The notes under the pieces are model-generated. The model made no database searches. It worked only from the letters and a program-made list of their open reading frames with translations, and was not told the DNA's origin. Below, one piece after another: positions 53,876-64,000 of a stretch of 64,000 bases of DNA. Origin of the DNA: Acidobacteriaceae bacterium (GTDB lineage Bacteria; Acidobacteriota; Terriglobia; Terriglobales; Acidobacteriaceae); NCBI GenBank assembly GCA_003151435.1, contig PLXP01000144.1, forward strand, positions 7,422 to 71,421. The letters run 5' to 3'. A program made the position numbers and the translations under genes. Numbering within the stretch: position 1 is the stretch's first letter; each line of letters starts with the position of its first letter.

Positions 53876-55153
53876 TTACGCGTAGAACCCTCGCTGCTTG
53901 ATGGTGAATGCCACGCGGTCGATCGCCAGCATGTACGCTGCGATGCGGTTGTTCACGTTGTGTGCCTCGGCATAACGCACCACGTCTTCGAAGCTGTCGC
54001 GCAAAATCGTCTCCAACTGCTCGTTGACGATGGCTTCTTTCCAGAAATAGCCCTGCCGATCCTGCACCCACTCAAAGTAGCTTGCCGTCACGCCGCCCGC
54101 GTTGGCCAGGATGTCGGGAACCACGAAGATCCGCTTGTCGGACAGGATCTCATCGGCCACCGCGGTCGTAGGACCATTGGCGCCTTCCACCACGATCTTC
54201 GCCTTCAGCCGCTCAGCATTCCGGCTCGTAATCACATTCTCCGTTGCCGCGGGAATAAGAATTTCGCAGTCGGAAACCATGAGCTCTTCGCTGGGCATCG
54301 CTTCTGCTCCGCGGAACCCAAGGGTAGTGCCATTGCGATACTTGAATTCCACGAGCTGGTGAATGTCGATGCCGTTGGGGTTATACAGCCCGCCGTCTTT
54401 CTCGGCGATACCCACAATCTTGTACCCGTGCTCCATCATCAGCCGCGCGGCATTCGAGCCCACGTTGCCAAATCCCTGGATGATGACGCGGCAGCCGTCA
54501 ATCGGCATCTTCAGGTAGCGCAGGCTCTCGTCGCATACCACCATCACTCCGCGCCCCGTCGCTTCAAGCCGGCCGCGCGAGCCGCCGATGGTCAGCGGTT
54601 TGCCCGTCACCACGCTCGTGACCGTCTGCCGCATGTGCATCGAGTAGGTGTCCATGATCCACGCCATGGTCTGCTCGTTGGTGTTCACGTCCGGCGCCGG
54701 CACATCCTTTTCCGGCCCGATGAAGTCGATGATCTCTGACGTGTACCGGCGCGTCATGCGCTCCAGTTCGCCCAGGCTCATCTTCTTCGGGTCGCAGATT
54801 ACGCCACCCTTCGCGCCGCCAAAAGGAATATTCACCACGGCGCACTTCCATGTCATCCAGCTTGCCAGCGCGCGAACCTCATCCAGCGTCACATCCGGCG
54901 AGTAGCGAATGCCACCCTTGGCCGGACCTCGCGCCTGCGAGTGCTGTACTCGAAAGCCGGTAAACATCTCGATTCGGCCGTCGTCCATCCTTACCGGGAA
55001 GTGCACAATCACCTCGCGCGAGGGAGACCTGAGCACTTTCCACAAACCTTCATCCAAATTCAGCTTGCGTGCCGCAAATTCAAATCGGGCGCTTTGCGCC
55101 TCCCAGGGGTTAATTTCCTGATCTAAAGTTACTGTCGGGGTTGACACTGCCAT
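53876..55153 (-). CDS. gdhA: Glutamate dehydrogenase (Glu/Leu/Phe/Val dehydrogenase family)
   Basis: [17 protein letters not shown] and the dinucleotide fold [13 protein letters not shown] 55153 follows GGAGA; the track starts at TTG 55165. Confidence 0.9.
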   Translation of the reverse strand: MAVSTPTVTLDQEINPWEAQSARFEFAARKLNLDEGLWKVLRSPSREVIVHFPVRMDDGRIEMFTGFRVQHSQARGPAKGGIRYSPDVTLDEVRALASWMTWKCAVVNIPFGGAKGGVICDPKKMSLGELERMTRRYTSEIIDFIGPEKDVPAPDVNTNEQTMAWIMDTYSMHMRQTVTSVVTGKPLTIGGSRGRLEATGRGVMVVCDESLRYLKMPIDGCRVIIQGFGNVGSNAARLMMEHGYKIVGIAEKDGGLYNPNGIDIHQLVEFKYRNGTTLGFRGAEAMPSEELMVSDCEILIPAATENVITSRNAERLKAKIVVEGANGPTTAVADEILSDKRIFVVPDILANAGGVTASYFEWVQDRQGYFWKEAIVNEQLETILRDSFEDVVRYAEAHNVNNRIAAYMLAIDRVAFTIKQRGFYA

Positions 55154-55502
55154 ACCTATCTCCAATTCCGATCGCCTGTCTGTGTCTCGATGGATTCGGC
55201 GAACCGTCCCATCTTTGCAACCTACACACGCAGCAGGGTTTCTTCCGCTTTCACGGAATAATGCACGTCCCGGCCTTCCGCCGTCTCAGTATTGGCCGGC
55301 ACCTTGGGGGCCCAGTTGAATCCGCATATGCCCAAACCCCAGTGAGTCTAGCCCTGCAACACACCGTCGTCAAGCGGGGATGAACCATCTGTGAAACCCT
55401 GATCCGGCTTGTCCCGATTTTGCAAATACCGCCTCCAAAACCGGATCTCCGATCATCATCAACCCAGCCCTCAAGTTGAATGCAGCCAAAATGAACCCGG
55501 AA

Positions 55503-55556
55503 ACTAACTCGCTAACCCGATGCATTCGTCTCACCGACTCCGCGCAATCCGCTAAC
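55503..55556. repeat. CGCTAAC-word micro-repeat block
   Basis: ACTAACTC GCTAACCC ... TCCGCTAACATCC in the gdhA / serine-hydrolase divergent spacer. It belongs to the same word family as 33067 and 44576. Confidence 0.4.
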
Positions 55557-55637
55557 ATCCCCCTTGTCAAGACCCAACACTTCATAGACACTTAGCTCAA
55601 TTTACGTTTCCAATGATCCCGGCATGTAAGAGGTGAA

Positions 55638-57629
55638 ATGCGAGTCATTCAGCGAGCAGCTCTCAGCGCAGTACTCCTGGCCATCGTCTTCGCTTGCCAC
55701 GCGCAGGTTCCCACAGCCCAGGCGCCCATTCTGGCTCCGCCCGCGCAGCCCAGCACTACCGGCCCCGCCGCAGCCGCGCCCGGAACCCATTCCCTGGAGG
55801 CCGCCGACCTCGAAGCATTCTTCGATGGCATCTTTCCCCTGCAACTCGAACGAAGCGACATTGCCGGAGCCTCCGTCCTGGTGATGAAAGACGGCCAGGT
55901 CCTCCTCCAGAAGGGATACGGGTCCGCAGACATCAAGTCGAAGAAGCCCGTCGACCCCACCGCGACTATCTTTCGCCTCGCATCCATCTCCAAGCTGTTT
56001 ACCTGGGTCTCCGTCATGCAGTTACAGGAACAGGGCAAGCTCGATCTCGATACCGACATCAATCGCTACCTCGACTTCCAGATCCGCCCCGCCTTCAACA
56101 AGCCCATCACGCTGCGCAACCTCATGACCCACACCGGCGGCTTCGAAGAGGTACTCGACAATATCATTCTCACCGACCCCAAGAAGGCCGTTTCGCTGCG
56201 CGACGACCTCATCCGCAACCAGCCCAACCGCATCTTCGCCCCCGGAGAGGTTCCCGCTTACTCCAACTACGGCGTGGGGCTCGCCAGTTACATTGTCCAG
56301 CGCGTCAGTGGCGAGTTGTTCGAGCAATACGTCCAGAACCACATCTTCACTCCGCTCGGCATGACGCACTCCTCCTTCAACCAGCCGTTGCAGAAACCGC
56401 TGGCCGGCACCGACTCTGAGGGCTACCGCTCCAGCACGCTCAAGCCCACCGTCGGCTTTGAAATCCTCAACCCCGTTGGCGCCGGAGGCCTCTCCTCCAC
56501 CGCGTCGGACATGGGCCGCTTCGGCCAGGCGCTGCTCAACGGTGGCGAACTCGACGGCAAGCGCATCCTCAAGCCGGAGACCCTCGCGCAGATGTGGACT
56601 CCGCAATTCCGCGCCAGCGACCAGATGTCCCCCATCTGCATGGGCTTTTATCAGGACTGGCACAATTCCCTCCGCTGGATCGGCCACGAGGGCGACCTAA
56701 TCGCCTTCCATAGCCTCTTCTTCGTCGAGCCGCAGCAGAAGTTGGTCCTGTTCGTCTCCTACAACTCCGCGGGAGGCGGCAGCAAGCCCCGCCCCGAAAT
56801 CATCAACTTCTTCACCGATCGCTATTTCCCCGGCGTCTCCAAACCTGTCTTCCTCAAAAAGCCGGCAAGCGAACTCAAGGCAATCGCCGGAAGATATGAG
56901 TCGACACGCCGCGCCGATAGCACCAGACTCAGTCTCGGGAACCTCTTCGGACAGACCACTGCCAAGGTGGACAAGGACGGTGTTCTCTCGCTCGAAGGCT
57001 TCAAGGACCTCCGCGGTCACCCAATCAAGTGGAAGCTCGTCGGATCCGATCTCTGGCAGACGGAAGAGGACCAGGAGCGAATCTTCGCCATCCGCGACAG
57101 CAAGGGCCGCGTGGTGCGCCTGGCCTTCGATTTCCCCGGCGTGCAAATGCAGCGCGTCTCCTGGTACGAAAACAGCAATCTCGTTCTGTCCGCGGTCGGC
57201 ATCAGCCTCGGAATTCTCGCGCTGGTGTTCTTCGCCTCACTCGTTCGCTTGGGCCGCCGCCTCTTTCTGCGCAAACGGCCTCGCCTGGCGCCTCAACCCG
57301 GAACGATCTGGCTCCCTTGGGCGCCGCGCCTAGCCGCGTTGCTGTGGGTTCTTTTCCTGGGAGGCGTCACCGTCTACTTCGCCATCCAGGGCGACGACAT
57401 GATGCCCCCCACGCCGGATTGGTTCCCATGGTTCGTTGCCATGAATTGGGTAACGGGCGTGGCGCTGCTGATCAGCCTCTTTGCAGTCATCTCGGCCATA
57501 CGCATCTGGGGGCGCTTCGACCTCCGCTGGATCACGAAGGTGAAGTTCTCGCTCGTCGGCCTGGCCTGTCTCATCCTGAGCTGGTTTGCCGTCTACTGGC
57601 ACCTCATCGGCCCGGCACATCGCATCTAG
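55638..57629 (+). CDS. Beta-lactamase-fold serine hydrolase fused to a C-terminal 4-TM membrane domain
   Basis: AAGAGGTGA SD and a signal peptide. The SxxK nucleophile is in LASISKLFTW, and YSNYG supplies the YxN motif. The last about 170 aa contain four hydrophobic helices. Confidence 0.8.
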   Translation: MRVIQRAALSAVLLAIVFACHAQVPTAQAPILAPPAQPSTTGPAAAAPGTHSLEAADLEAFFDGIFPLQLERSDIAGASVLVMKDGQVLLQKGYGSADIKSKKPVDPTATIFRLASISKLFTWVSVMQLQEQGKLDLDTDINRYLDFQIRPAFNKPITLRNLMTHTGGFEEVLDNIILTDPKKAVSLRDDLIRNQPNRIFAPGEVPAYSNYGVGLASYIVQRVSGELFEQYVQNHIFTPLGMTHSSFNQPLQKPLAGTDSEGYRSSTLKPTVGFEILNPVGAGGLSSTASDMGRFGQALLNGGELDGKRILKPETLAQMWTPQFRASDQMSPICMGFYQDWHNSLRWIGHEGDLIAFHSLFFVEPQQKLVLFVSYNSAGGGSKPRPEIINFFTDRYFPGVSKPVFLKKPASELKAIAGRYESTRRADSTRLSLGNLFGQTTAKVDKDGVLSLEGFKDLRGHPIKWKLVGSDLWQTEEDQERIFAIRDSKGRVVRLAFDFPGVQMQRVSWYENSNLVLSAVGISLGILALVFFASLVRLGRRLFLRKRPRLAPQPGTIWLPWAPRLAALLWVLFLGGVTVYFAIQGDDMMPPTPDWFPWFVAMNWVTGVALLISLFAVISAIRIWGRFDLRWITKVKFSLVGLACLILSWFAVYWHLIGPAHRI

Positions 57630-57781
57630 TGTCCTCTCCCATGAGTACGTTAAAGAAGACAGTCGCTGAGCGGAATTTGGCGCGCTTTTTGCGCCCAATG
57701 GAGTCGAAGGATCTGCGTTTCCGTCCGTCGACTTTTTCAATTTACTTTTGGGACGGCGAACTAGGAGATGCTGCTCTCGGC

Positions 57782-58468
57782 TCACTGTCCTGGTTTGACG
57801 GTTCCAGCCGCCGGTGCGGGCTGCTGCTGGGGAGCTTTCGTGGTCGGTGGGCGCTTCTTCTTCGCCTTCTTTGCAGGAGGCGGTGGTGCACAAGGGGCGG
57901 TTGCTGGGGGCGATTGGGCACTGGCCTGCGCCTCCGATTGTTTCTGCAGAGCAGTCCGAAGATCGCTCATCTGCTTTTCCTGCGCAGTGGCCGTCTCAAG
58001 CAGATGATCGCTCAGTACCTTGCGAGCACTTCCCAGGTCGAGCAACGCCTGCTCCAGCGGGGTAATCTGCTCGGCGGGCGCTGACACTCGCGCCGCTTCC
58101 ACCACGCGTAGCAGTACGTCGTACATCGCATCGACGTTGTGGGTGATGGGCAGAACCTTGCTCAGCGTTCCAGGAGCCGCATCGGCGGCTGCAAGAACCG
58201 GCGGCAGCGTGGTCTGCAGATCCAACAGGATTGCGTGAATGTTCGCCCCCGCCTCCTCGCGCACGGTACCCCGCTTCCATTTCTCCACCTTCACGGCGCT
58301 CACAGTCTGCTGCACCGTATCGAGCGAGGACTTCAGGATCGCGGAGGGTGTGACCGGCGCGGCGGGCGCGTCTTGCGCCGGCGTTCCATTGGCCGGCGCT
58401 TGCACCGCGGACGCAACGGAGGCCGAACAGACTATCGTCAACATCAACACTGCATGGCTAATAGGCAT
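57782..58468 (-). CDS. Hypothetical secreted helical protein with Pro/Lys-rich C-terminal tail
   Basis: Signal MPISHAVLMLTIVCSASVASA. The tail is PPPPAKKAKKKRPPTTKAPQQQP. No known motif. Confidence 0.5.
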   Translation of the reverse strand: MPISHAVLMLTIVCSASVASAVQAPANGTPAQDAPAAPVTPSAILKSSLDTVQQTVSAVKVEKWKRGTVREEAGANIHAILLDLQTTLPPVLAAADAAPGTLSKVLPITHNVDAMYDVLLRVVEAARVSAPAEQITPLEQALLDLGSARKVLSDHLLETATAQEKQMSDLRTALQKQSEAQASAQSPPATAPCAPPPPAKKAKKKRPPTTKAPQQQPAPAAGTVKPGQ

Positions 58469-58807
58469 TTTTTCTTCCTGCTATGTCAGATGCGGCAAAC
58501 AGCGGCATGGTATGGAATCTTGGGGATACAAAAGTCCGGCGACAACATCAGCTTCGATTACGAGCCCGGCTCATGAGACCAGATGCCCTCAGGATAGCTC
58601 AGGCCTGCCACACTTCAGAATCCCATAAGTCCTTCCCCAGACGACCGCCGCCAATAGACCCGCGTCTCTTCAAAAAAGATCGCCATTCCGGGAACGAAAC
58701 CGGTGTTGTAAACGTCTTAATAGGCATATCCTCCGCAGTTTGAAAGAAAGAATATCCGTTCGCGCTTCTCGAATTCCAAGCTCCGTCCGCAAGAAAGGAT
58801 CACCCGC

Positions 58808-60022
58808 ATGAGTTATCATCAGCCCGCGTACCCAGGTAATTTCCCCCGGAGGGCGCTGCTCGGCGTGGCCTGTGCCGCCGCTGCACTCGTTCCGCTGGGC
58901 TTCGGTATCCTGCCTGTCGCCCAGGCCAGCGCCCAATCCGCGGCATCGAATGCCGCGCAGGACATCGCCGACACCTGGCAAGGCACTCTGCACGCCGGCC
59001 AGGACCTGCGCACCGTCGTCAAGATCACCAAGGACGCAGGCGGCTACAAAGCCCTGTTTTACAGCATCGACCAGGGCGGCGAGCCCCTGCCCGTCACATC
59101 GGTTACGCTGCAGGGCACGAACGTGAAGATGGAACTCAAAATGATCAACGGCACGTACGAGGGCAAGCTGAGTGCCGACGGAAAGACCATCGTCGGCAAT
59201 TGGAGCCAGGGCCCCAACCCGCTGCCCCTGACCCTGACCCGCGCCACCCCTGAGACTGAATGGTCCATCCCGGCGCCTCCTCCCGTGATTCCGCCCATGG
59301 CCGCCGACGCCAATCCCAGCTTTGAGGTGGCCACTATCAAGCCCACCAAGCCGGATGAACAGCGCAAGTTGCTCATCGTGCGCGGCCGGCTCTTCGAAAC
59401 CGTCAATACCTCATTGAACGACCTCATCTCGTTTGCCTACGGTCTTCATGCAAAACAGGTCATCGGCATTCCGGCCTGGGCGGACACTGACAAGTTCGAC
59501 ATCACTGCGCAACCCGATCTCGAAGGCCGGCCGAATGACAAGCAGTTGAAAGGTATGCTGCAGAAGCTGCTCACAGAACGCTTCAAACTCGCCTTTCATC
59601 GCGACAAAAAGGAACTCTCGGTTTATGTGCTGAGCGTGGCCAAGACGGGGCAAAAGATGACGAAGAGTGAAGGCGATCCGAATGGCCTGCCCGGATTGTT
59701 CTTCAGCGGCCTCGGGGCATTGAACGTTCGCAACGCAAACATGGGCGACTTTTCTCAACTGATGCAGAGTGTGGTGCTCGACCGCCCGGTGGTGGACCAG
59801 ACTAGCCTTACGGGAAGATTCGACTTCAAGCTGAATTGGACGCCCGACGACTCGCAATTCGGCGGGATGGGTGCCAAGATTCCGCCTCCAACCGACAGCG
59901 CGACCGCACCGCCACCGCTCTACACGGCCATCGTTGAGCAGATCGGTCTGAAACTTGAGGCCACCAAGGCACCCGCCGACGTGCTCGTCATCGACCACGT
60001 CGAAAAGCCTTCTGAAAACTGA
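58808..60022 (+). CDS. TIGR03435-like (soil-associated) family protein with N-terminal extension
   Basis: Tat/Sec-like signal. The C-terminal domain has PSFEVATIKPTKPDE...SLNDLISFAYGL...PAWADTDKFDI and ends ...APADVLVIDHVEKPSEN, typical of the family as I recall it. Confidence 0.7.
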   Translation: MSYHQPAYPGNFPRRALLGVACAAAALVPLGFGILPVAQASAQSAASNAAQDIADTWQGTLHAGQDLRTVVKITKDAGGYKALFYSIDQGGEPLPVTSVTLQGTNVKMELKMINGTYEGKLSADGKTIVGNWSQGPNPLPLTLTRATPETEWSIPAPPPVIPPMAADANPSFEVATIKPTKPDEQRKLLIVRGRLFETVNTSLNDLISFAYGLHAKQVIGIPAWADTDKFDITAQPDLEGRPNDKQLKGMLQKLLTERFKLAFHRDKKELSVYVLSVAKTGQKMTKSEGDPNGLPGLFFSGLGALNVRNANMGDFSQLMQSVVLDRPVVDQTSLTGRFDFKLNWTPDDSQFGGMGAKIPPPTDSATAPPPLYTAIVEQIGLKLEATKAPADVLVIDHVEKPSEN

Positions 60023-60054
60023 CACGAACCGCGCTTTGGAGACGGTAAAGACGA

Positions 60055-63000
60055 ATGAAGTTACGGCGAACGCACCCGATTCTGATGCTGATCTGCGTTT
60101 TCGCGTTCGCCGTTTTTCCTTTTCTGGCCGCGGCTTCGGAGTACCACGGCCAAGTCACGTTCGGTGGATTTCCCGTTCCCGGCGCGACCATCACTGCAAC
60201 ACAAGGCACAAAGAAGTTCACCACGGTCACCGATCAAGGCGGCCTATACAACTTTGCCGACCTTCCTGATGGTGCCTGGAAAATCGAAGTCGAAATGCAG
60301 TGTTTCTCGACTATCCCGGCCGAGGTCAACGTCAGGCCTCAGGCACCCGCGGCCAAGTGGGAGTTGACGCTGCTGCCGCTTGACCAGATCATAGCGCGCA
60401 GCAAGCTCATGGAACTTCCGCCCGTTCAACTCCCCACTCTCACCGCGCCCGCGAAGAAGACGGCGGCGCAGTCCTCCGCCGCACCCGTAGATATTCCCAA
60501 GCCGCCATCGGAGACCAACGAGCAGGCCGCCGACGGTTTTCTCGTCAATGGCAGCGTCAGCAACGCCGCAACGTCGCAGTTCGCGCTGACACAGGCCTTT
60601 GGCAACCGCCGCTACGGCAGCAAGGCACTCTACAACGGAGGGTTCGCCGCCGTCTTCGATAACTCCACGCTCGACGCGCGCCCGTATTCGCTCAGCGGCC
60701 AGGACTCGCCTAAAGCCACCTACGATCGCATCACGGGCGTCTTCACCATCGGGGGCCCCATCAAGATTCCGCGCCTTCTTCCGCGCGGCCCCAACTTCTT
60801 TTTTGCCTATCAGGGCACGCGCGATCATAACGCCGCGATCGAGTCCGGCCTGGTGCCGACAGTCGCAGAGCGCGCCGGGAATCTCTCCGGCGTTCTCAAT
60901 GCTCTCGGTCAGCCAGTCACCATCTACAATCCCGCCACTGGTCTGCCGTTCGCGGGCAACATCGTCCCTGTCAGCTCGCAGGCGCAGGCATTACTCGCTC
61001 TCTATCCCCAACCCAACATCACGGGTAACTCGCGCTATAACTACCAGGTCGCGGTGCTTAACAGCATCCATCCGGACGCAGCTCAGTTGCGTCTCGACAA
61101 AACACTCGGCCGCAAGGACCAGCTCTACGGCGGATTCAACCTGCAGAGCACGCGCGCCGGCAGCACCAATCTTTTCGGATTCGTCGACTCGACGGATTCT
61201 CTCGGCATCAACAGCAACATCAATTGGAACCACCGCTTCAGCCAGTATCTATTTCTGTTTGCCACCTATAGATTCAGCCGGCTTCGCACTTCGATCGCGC
61301 CCAACTTCGCGCATCGTCAAGACGTCTCAGCCGCCGCAGGAATCTCGGGCAACGACCATGACCCAATCGACTGGGGTCCGCCCGCGCTGAATTTCTCCAG
61401 CGGCATCGCATCCCTCAGCGACGCGCAAAGCACCTTCAATCGCGCCCGCACCGACAACTTCTCAGTCTCGGCGCAGCTTTATCGGGGCCATCACAATATC
61501 ACCCTCGGCGGCGACTTTCGCAAGCAGCAGTACAACGACTTCTTCCAGCAGGATCCGCGCGGGACATTTACCTTTACCGGCGCCGCCACGCAGACCGCTG
61601 CAAGCAGCAGCACCGCTGGCTCTGACCTCGCGGACTTCCTCATCGGCGTGCCCGACACAAGTTCCATCGCCTTTGGCAATGCGGACAAATACCTGCGCCA
61701 ACCCGCGTATGACGCGTATGCTGCAGATGATTGGCGCATCCTTCCTATACTCACCATTAACGTCGGTGCGCGATGGGAGTACGAAGCGCCCATCACCGAA
61801 CTGCACGGGCGGCTCGTCAATCTCGATGTCGCGCCCGGTTTTTCGTCCGCGGCTCCCGTGCTCGCCAACGCTCCCATCGGGCCGCTTACCGGCAACCACT
61901 ATCCCACATCGCTGGTGCAGCCCGACAAGCTCGGCGTCGAACCGCGCATTGGTATCTCCTGGCGTCCTATCCCTGCATCTACCGTCGTCGTCCGCGCCGG
62001 CTACGGCGTCTATCGCGACACATCGGTCTACCAGAGCACCGCGCTGCAACTTGCGCAGCAGGCCCCGCTCTCAAAAAGCCTCAGCGTGCAAAACAGCGCC
62101 GCATGTCCTCTCACGCTCGCAAATGGCTTCAACGCTTGCTCCTCCACCATTGCGGATACCTTCGCCATCGATCCCAACTTCCACGTAGGCTACGCGCAAA
62201 CGTGGCAGTTATCCGTGCAGCGCGATATGCCCGCCGCTCTTCAGCTCACGGCAACTTATCTCGGCGTGAAAGGCACACGCGGCGTGCAGGAGTTTCTTCC
62301 CAACACCTATCCAATCGGCGCGCTCAACTCGTGCCCCTCGTGTCCTTCCGGCTTTGCTTATCGCACGTCGGGCGGCGATTCAACGCGGCACTCCGGCCAA
62401 CTCCAACTGCGACGGAGGCTGCGCAGCGGCTTTACCGCATCGCTTCTTTACACCTTCTCGAAATCGCTTGATGACGACGCGTCCCTTGGCGGCCAGGGTT
62501 ATCGCACCACTACCCAGCAGAATCAAGACATCGCCGAAGCAGCCACCACTCCTACGTTCGCCATCGTGCAGAACTGGCGCAACCCGCACGCAGAGCGCTC
62601 TCTCTCCTCGTTCGATCAGCGCCACCTTCTTAACCTGCAGGCGCAGTACACAACCGGCGAGGGTCTGGGCGGCGGCGACCTATTGCGCGGATGGGCGGGC
62701 AGGCTCATTAAGGAGTGGTCCGTGCTGGCGCAGATCAACGCCGGAAGCGGCCTGCCGGAGACGCCCATCTATCTCGCCGCAGTTCCGGGCGCGGGCTTTA
62801 CCAACATCATCCGCCCCGATCCGACTGGAGCATCCATATACAAATCCGGCGCGGGCCTGCACCTCAACTCCGCTGGCTACACGGCGCCGCTGTCCGGTCA
62901 TTGGGGAACCGCGGGCAGGAACTCCATCACCGGCCCCGATCAGTTCAGTCTCAACAGCTCGCTTGCTCGCACATTTCGTCCTACCACGCGCTTTTTTCTC

Positions 63001-63144
63001 GACGCCCGCATCGATGCCACCAACGTGCTCAATCATGGCGTCTTCACTGGCTGGAACACCATTGTCAACAGCACGCAATTCGGCGTGCCCGTCGCCGCCA
63101 ATCCAATGCGCAGCCTGCAAACCACGCTGCGCCTGAGGTTCTGA
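60055..63144 (+). CDS. TonB-dependent-receptor-like outer-membrane protein with N-terminal carboxypeptidase-regulatory-like domain
   Basis: Signal peptide. YHGQVTFGGFPVPGATITATQGTKKFTTVTDQGGLYNFADLPDGAWKIEVE (CarboxypepD_reg fold), a long beta-barrel body, and a C-terminal aromatic ...TTLRLRF. Confidence 0.8.
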   Translation: MKLRRTHPILMLICVFAFAVFPFLAAASEYHGQVTFGGFPVPGATITATQGTKKFTTVTDQGGLYNFADLPDGAWKIEVEMQCFSTIPAEVNVRPQAPAAKWELTLLPLDQIIARSKLMELPPVQLPTLTAPAKKTAAQSSAAPVDIPKPPSETNEQAADGFLVNGSVSNAATSQFALTQAFGNRRYGSKALYNGGFAAVFDNSTLDARPYSLSGQDSPKATYDRITGVFTIGGPIKIPRLLPRGPNFFFAYQGTRDHNAAIESGLVPTVAERAGNLSGVLNALGQPVTIYNPATGLPFAGNIVPVSSQAQALLALYPQPNITGNSRYNYQVAVLNSIHPDAAQLRLDKTLGRKDQLYGGFNLQSTRAGSTNLFGFVDSTDSLGINSNINWNHRFSQYLFLFATYRFSRLRTSIAPNFAHRQDVSAAAGISGNDHDPIDWGPPALNFSSGIASLSDAQSTFNRARTDNFSVSAQLYRGHHNITLGGDFRKQQYNDFFQQDPRGTFTFTGAATQTAASSSTAGSDLADFLIGVPDTSSIAFGNADKYLRQPAYDAYAADDWRILPILTINVGARWEYEAPITELHGRLVNLDVAPGFSSAAPVLANAPIGPLTGNHYPTSLVQPDKLGVEPRIGISWRPIPASTVVVRAGYGVYRDTSVYQSTALQLAQQAPLSKSLSVQNSAACPLTLANGFNACSSTIADTFAIDPNFHVGYAQTWQLSVQRDMPAALQLTATYLGVKGTRGVQEFLPNTYPIGALNSCPSCPSGFAYRTSGGDSTRHSGQLQLRRRLRSGFTASLLYTFSKSLDDDASLGGQGYRTTTQQNQDIAEAATTPTFAIVQNWRNPHAERSLSSFDQRHLLNLQAQYTTGEGLGGGDLLRGWAGRLIKEWSVLAQINAGSGLPETPIYLAAVPGAGFTNIIRPDPTGASIYKSGAGLHLNSAGYTAPLSGHWGTAGRNSITGPDQFSLNSSLARTFRPTTRFFLDARIDATNVLNHGVFTGWNTIVNSTQFGVPVAANPMRSLQTTLRLRF

Positions 63145-63145
63145 G

Positions 63146-64000
63146 ATGCGAAGCTTCCTCGGCGTTCTCCTCCTGCTCTGCGCGGCCCTTCCGGTTGCGG
63201 CGCAGCAGATCGGCCAGAACAAGCCCGCCAATTCCTCAGAGAATTTCACGGTCACCATGAAAGTGCAATTGGTGGTCGAAGCGGTCGTCGTCAAAGACAA
63301 GCAGGTCAATTTCATCCATGGGCTCACCGCAAAAGACTTTGCTCTCACTGAAGACGGCGCACCGCAGACGGTTCGATTCTGTGAGCATCAAAGTCTTGTC
63401 GACAGCGCTGTCCCTGTGCCGGTTGCCGCGCCCGGCACAGAGAATATCAAGCTCTACAAACAACTGACGCGGACCCAGATCGCTTCAGAATCGATCGAAA
63501 ACGAGCGCTACAAAAACCGCCGGCTTCTCGCGCTCTACTTCGACATGTCGGCGATGCGGCCTGCTGATCAACTGCGTGCGCTCACAGCGGCGCAGCAGTT
63601 TATCCGCACCCAGATGACCACCGTCGATCTGGTCTCGATTCTTCGTTATCAGGGCGGCTCCGTCGATATTCTCCAGGACTTCACGGCCGACCGCAACAAG
63701 CTGCTCAGCATTCTTGAAACGCTCATCGTCGGCGAGGGCCAGGGTAACGCCGAAACGATCGACGATGCCAGCAGTGCCGACACCGGCGCCGCGTTCGGCC
63801 AGGACGACAGCGAGTTTAACGTTTTCAACACCGACCGCCAACTCTCCGCGCTGCAAACTGCGGCGAAAATGCTCGGCCAGTTGAACGAGAAAAAATCGCT
63901 GATCTACTTTGCCAGCGGGCTGCGCCTCAACGGAATTGACAACCAGGCGCAACTCCATGCCACGGTTGACGCCGCCATCAAGGCCGGTGTTTCCTTCTGG
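63146..64000 (+). CDS. Acidobacterial VWFA-related protein (TIGR03436-like), 3'-truncated by the window end
   Basis: The ATG lies 1 nt after the OMP stop. Signal MRSFLGVLLLLCAALPVAAQQ, VQLVVEAVVVKDKQVNFIHGLTAKDFALTEDGAPQTV, and a VWA core (LLALYFDMS...IYFASG). It is not in the ORF track because it runs off the window. Confidence 0.75.
   Translation, partial: MRSFLGVLLLLCAALPVAAQQIGQNKPANSSENFTVTMKVQLVVEAVVVKDKQVNFIHGLTAKDFALTEDGAPQTVRFCEHQSLVDSAVPVPVAAPGTENIKLYKQLTRTQIASESIENERYKNRRLLALYFDMSAMRPADQLRALTAAQQFIRTQMTTVDLVSILRYQGGSVDILQDFTADRNKLLSILETLIVGEGQGNAETIDDASSADTGAAFGQDDSEFNVFNTDRQLSALQTAAKMLGQLNEKKSLIYFASGLRLNGIDNQAQLHATVDAAIKAGVSFW

Overview
The window reads as a high-GC chromosomal segment from an Acidobacteriota (Terriglobia/Acidobacteriaceae-like) genome. 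This placement is an inference from three acidobacterial-type VWFA proteins (TIGR03436-like), a TIGR03435-like protein and a carboxypeptidase-regulatory-domain TonB-type outer-membrane protein. About 58 protein genes and one tRNA-Ala(CGC) are supported. I saw no rRNA, CRISPR array, transposase or integrase.

Housekeeping content:
- aroG-type DAHP synthase, lpxB, hrcA-grpE-dnaJ, rho, comM/yifB, sdaA, rsmE, pgsA and gdhA.
- A nucleoside-salvage set: cdd-deoA-nupC, and punA-udk.

Accessory content worth a second look:
1. A translationally coupled type III PKS / methyltransferase / flavoprotein operon (srsABC-like phenolic-lipid cassette). It is flanked by a convergent HAD-UbiA (phosphoribosyltransferase-like) fusion gene and a divergent orphan multi-PAS histidine kinase.
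2. Two tandem paralogous small membrane proteins sharing FRLDE and SDPDGRPW motifs.
3. A self-contained 23-codon Lys/Ala-rich micro-gene with its own promoter-like site, Shine-Dalgarno (SD) ribosome-binding site and terminator.
4. An M1-aminopeptidase-fold protein whose zinc and catalytic residues are all replaced.
5. An orphan GvpL/GvpF homologue.
6. A dispersed family of 7-8 nt-period tandem micro-repeats confined to intergenic spacers.
7. A TIGR03435 / TonB-type OMP / VWFA operon.

Many long ORFs in the track are antisense artefacts of high GC and were rejected. All family assignments rest on motif recognition by eye, because no database search was possible.
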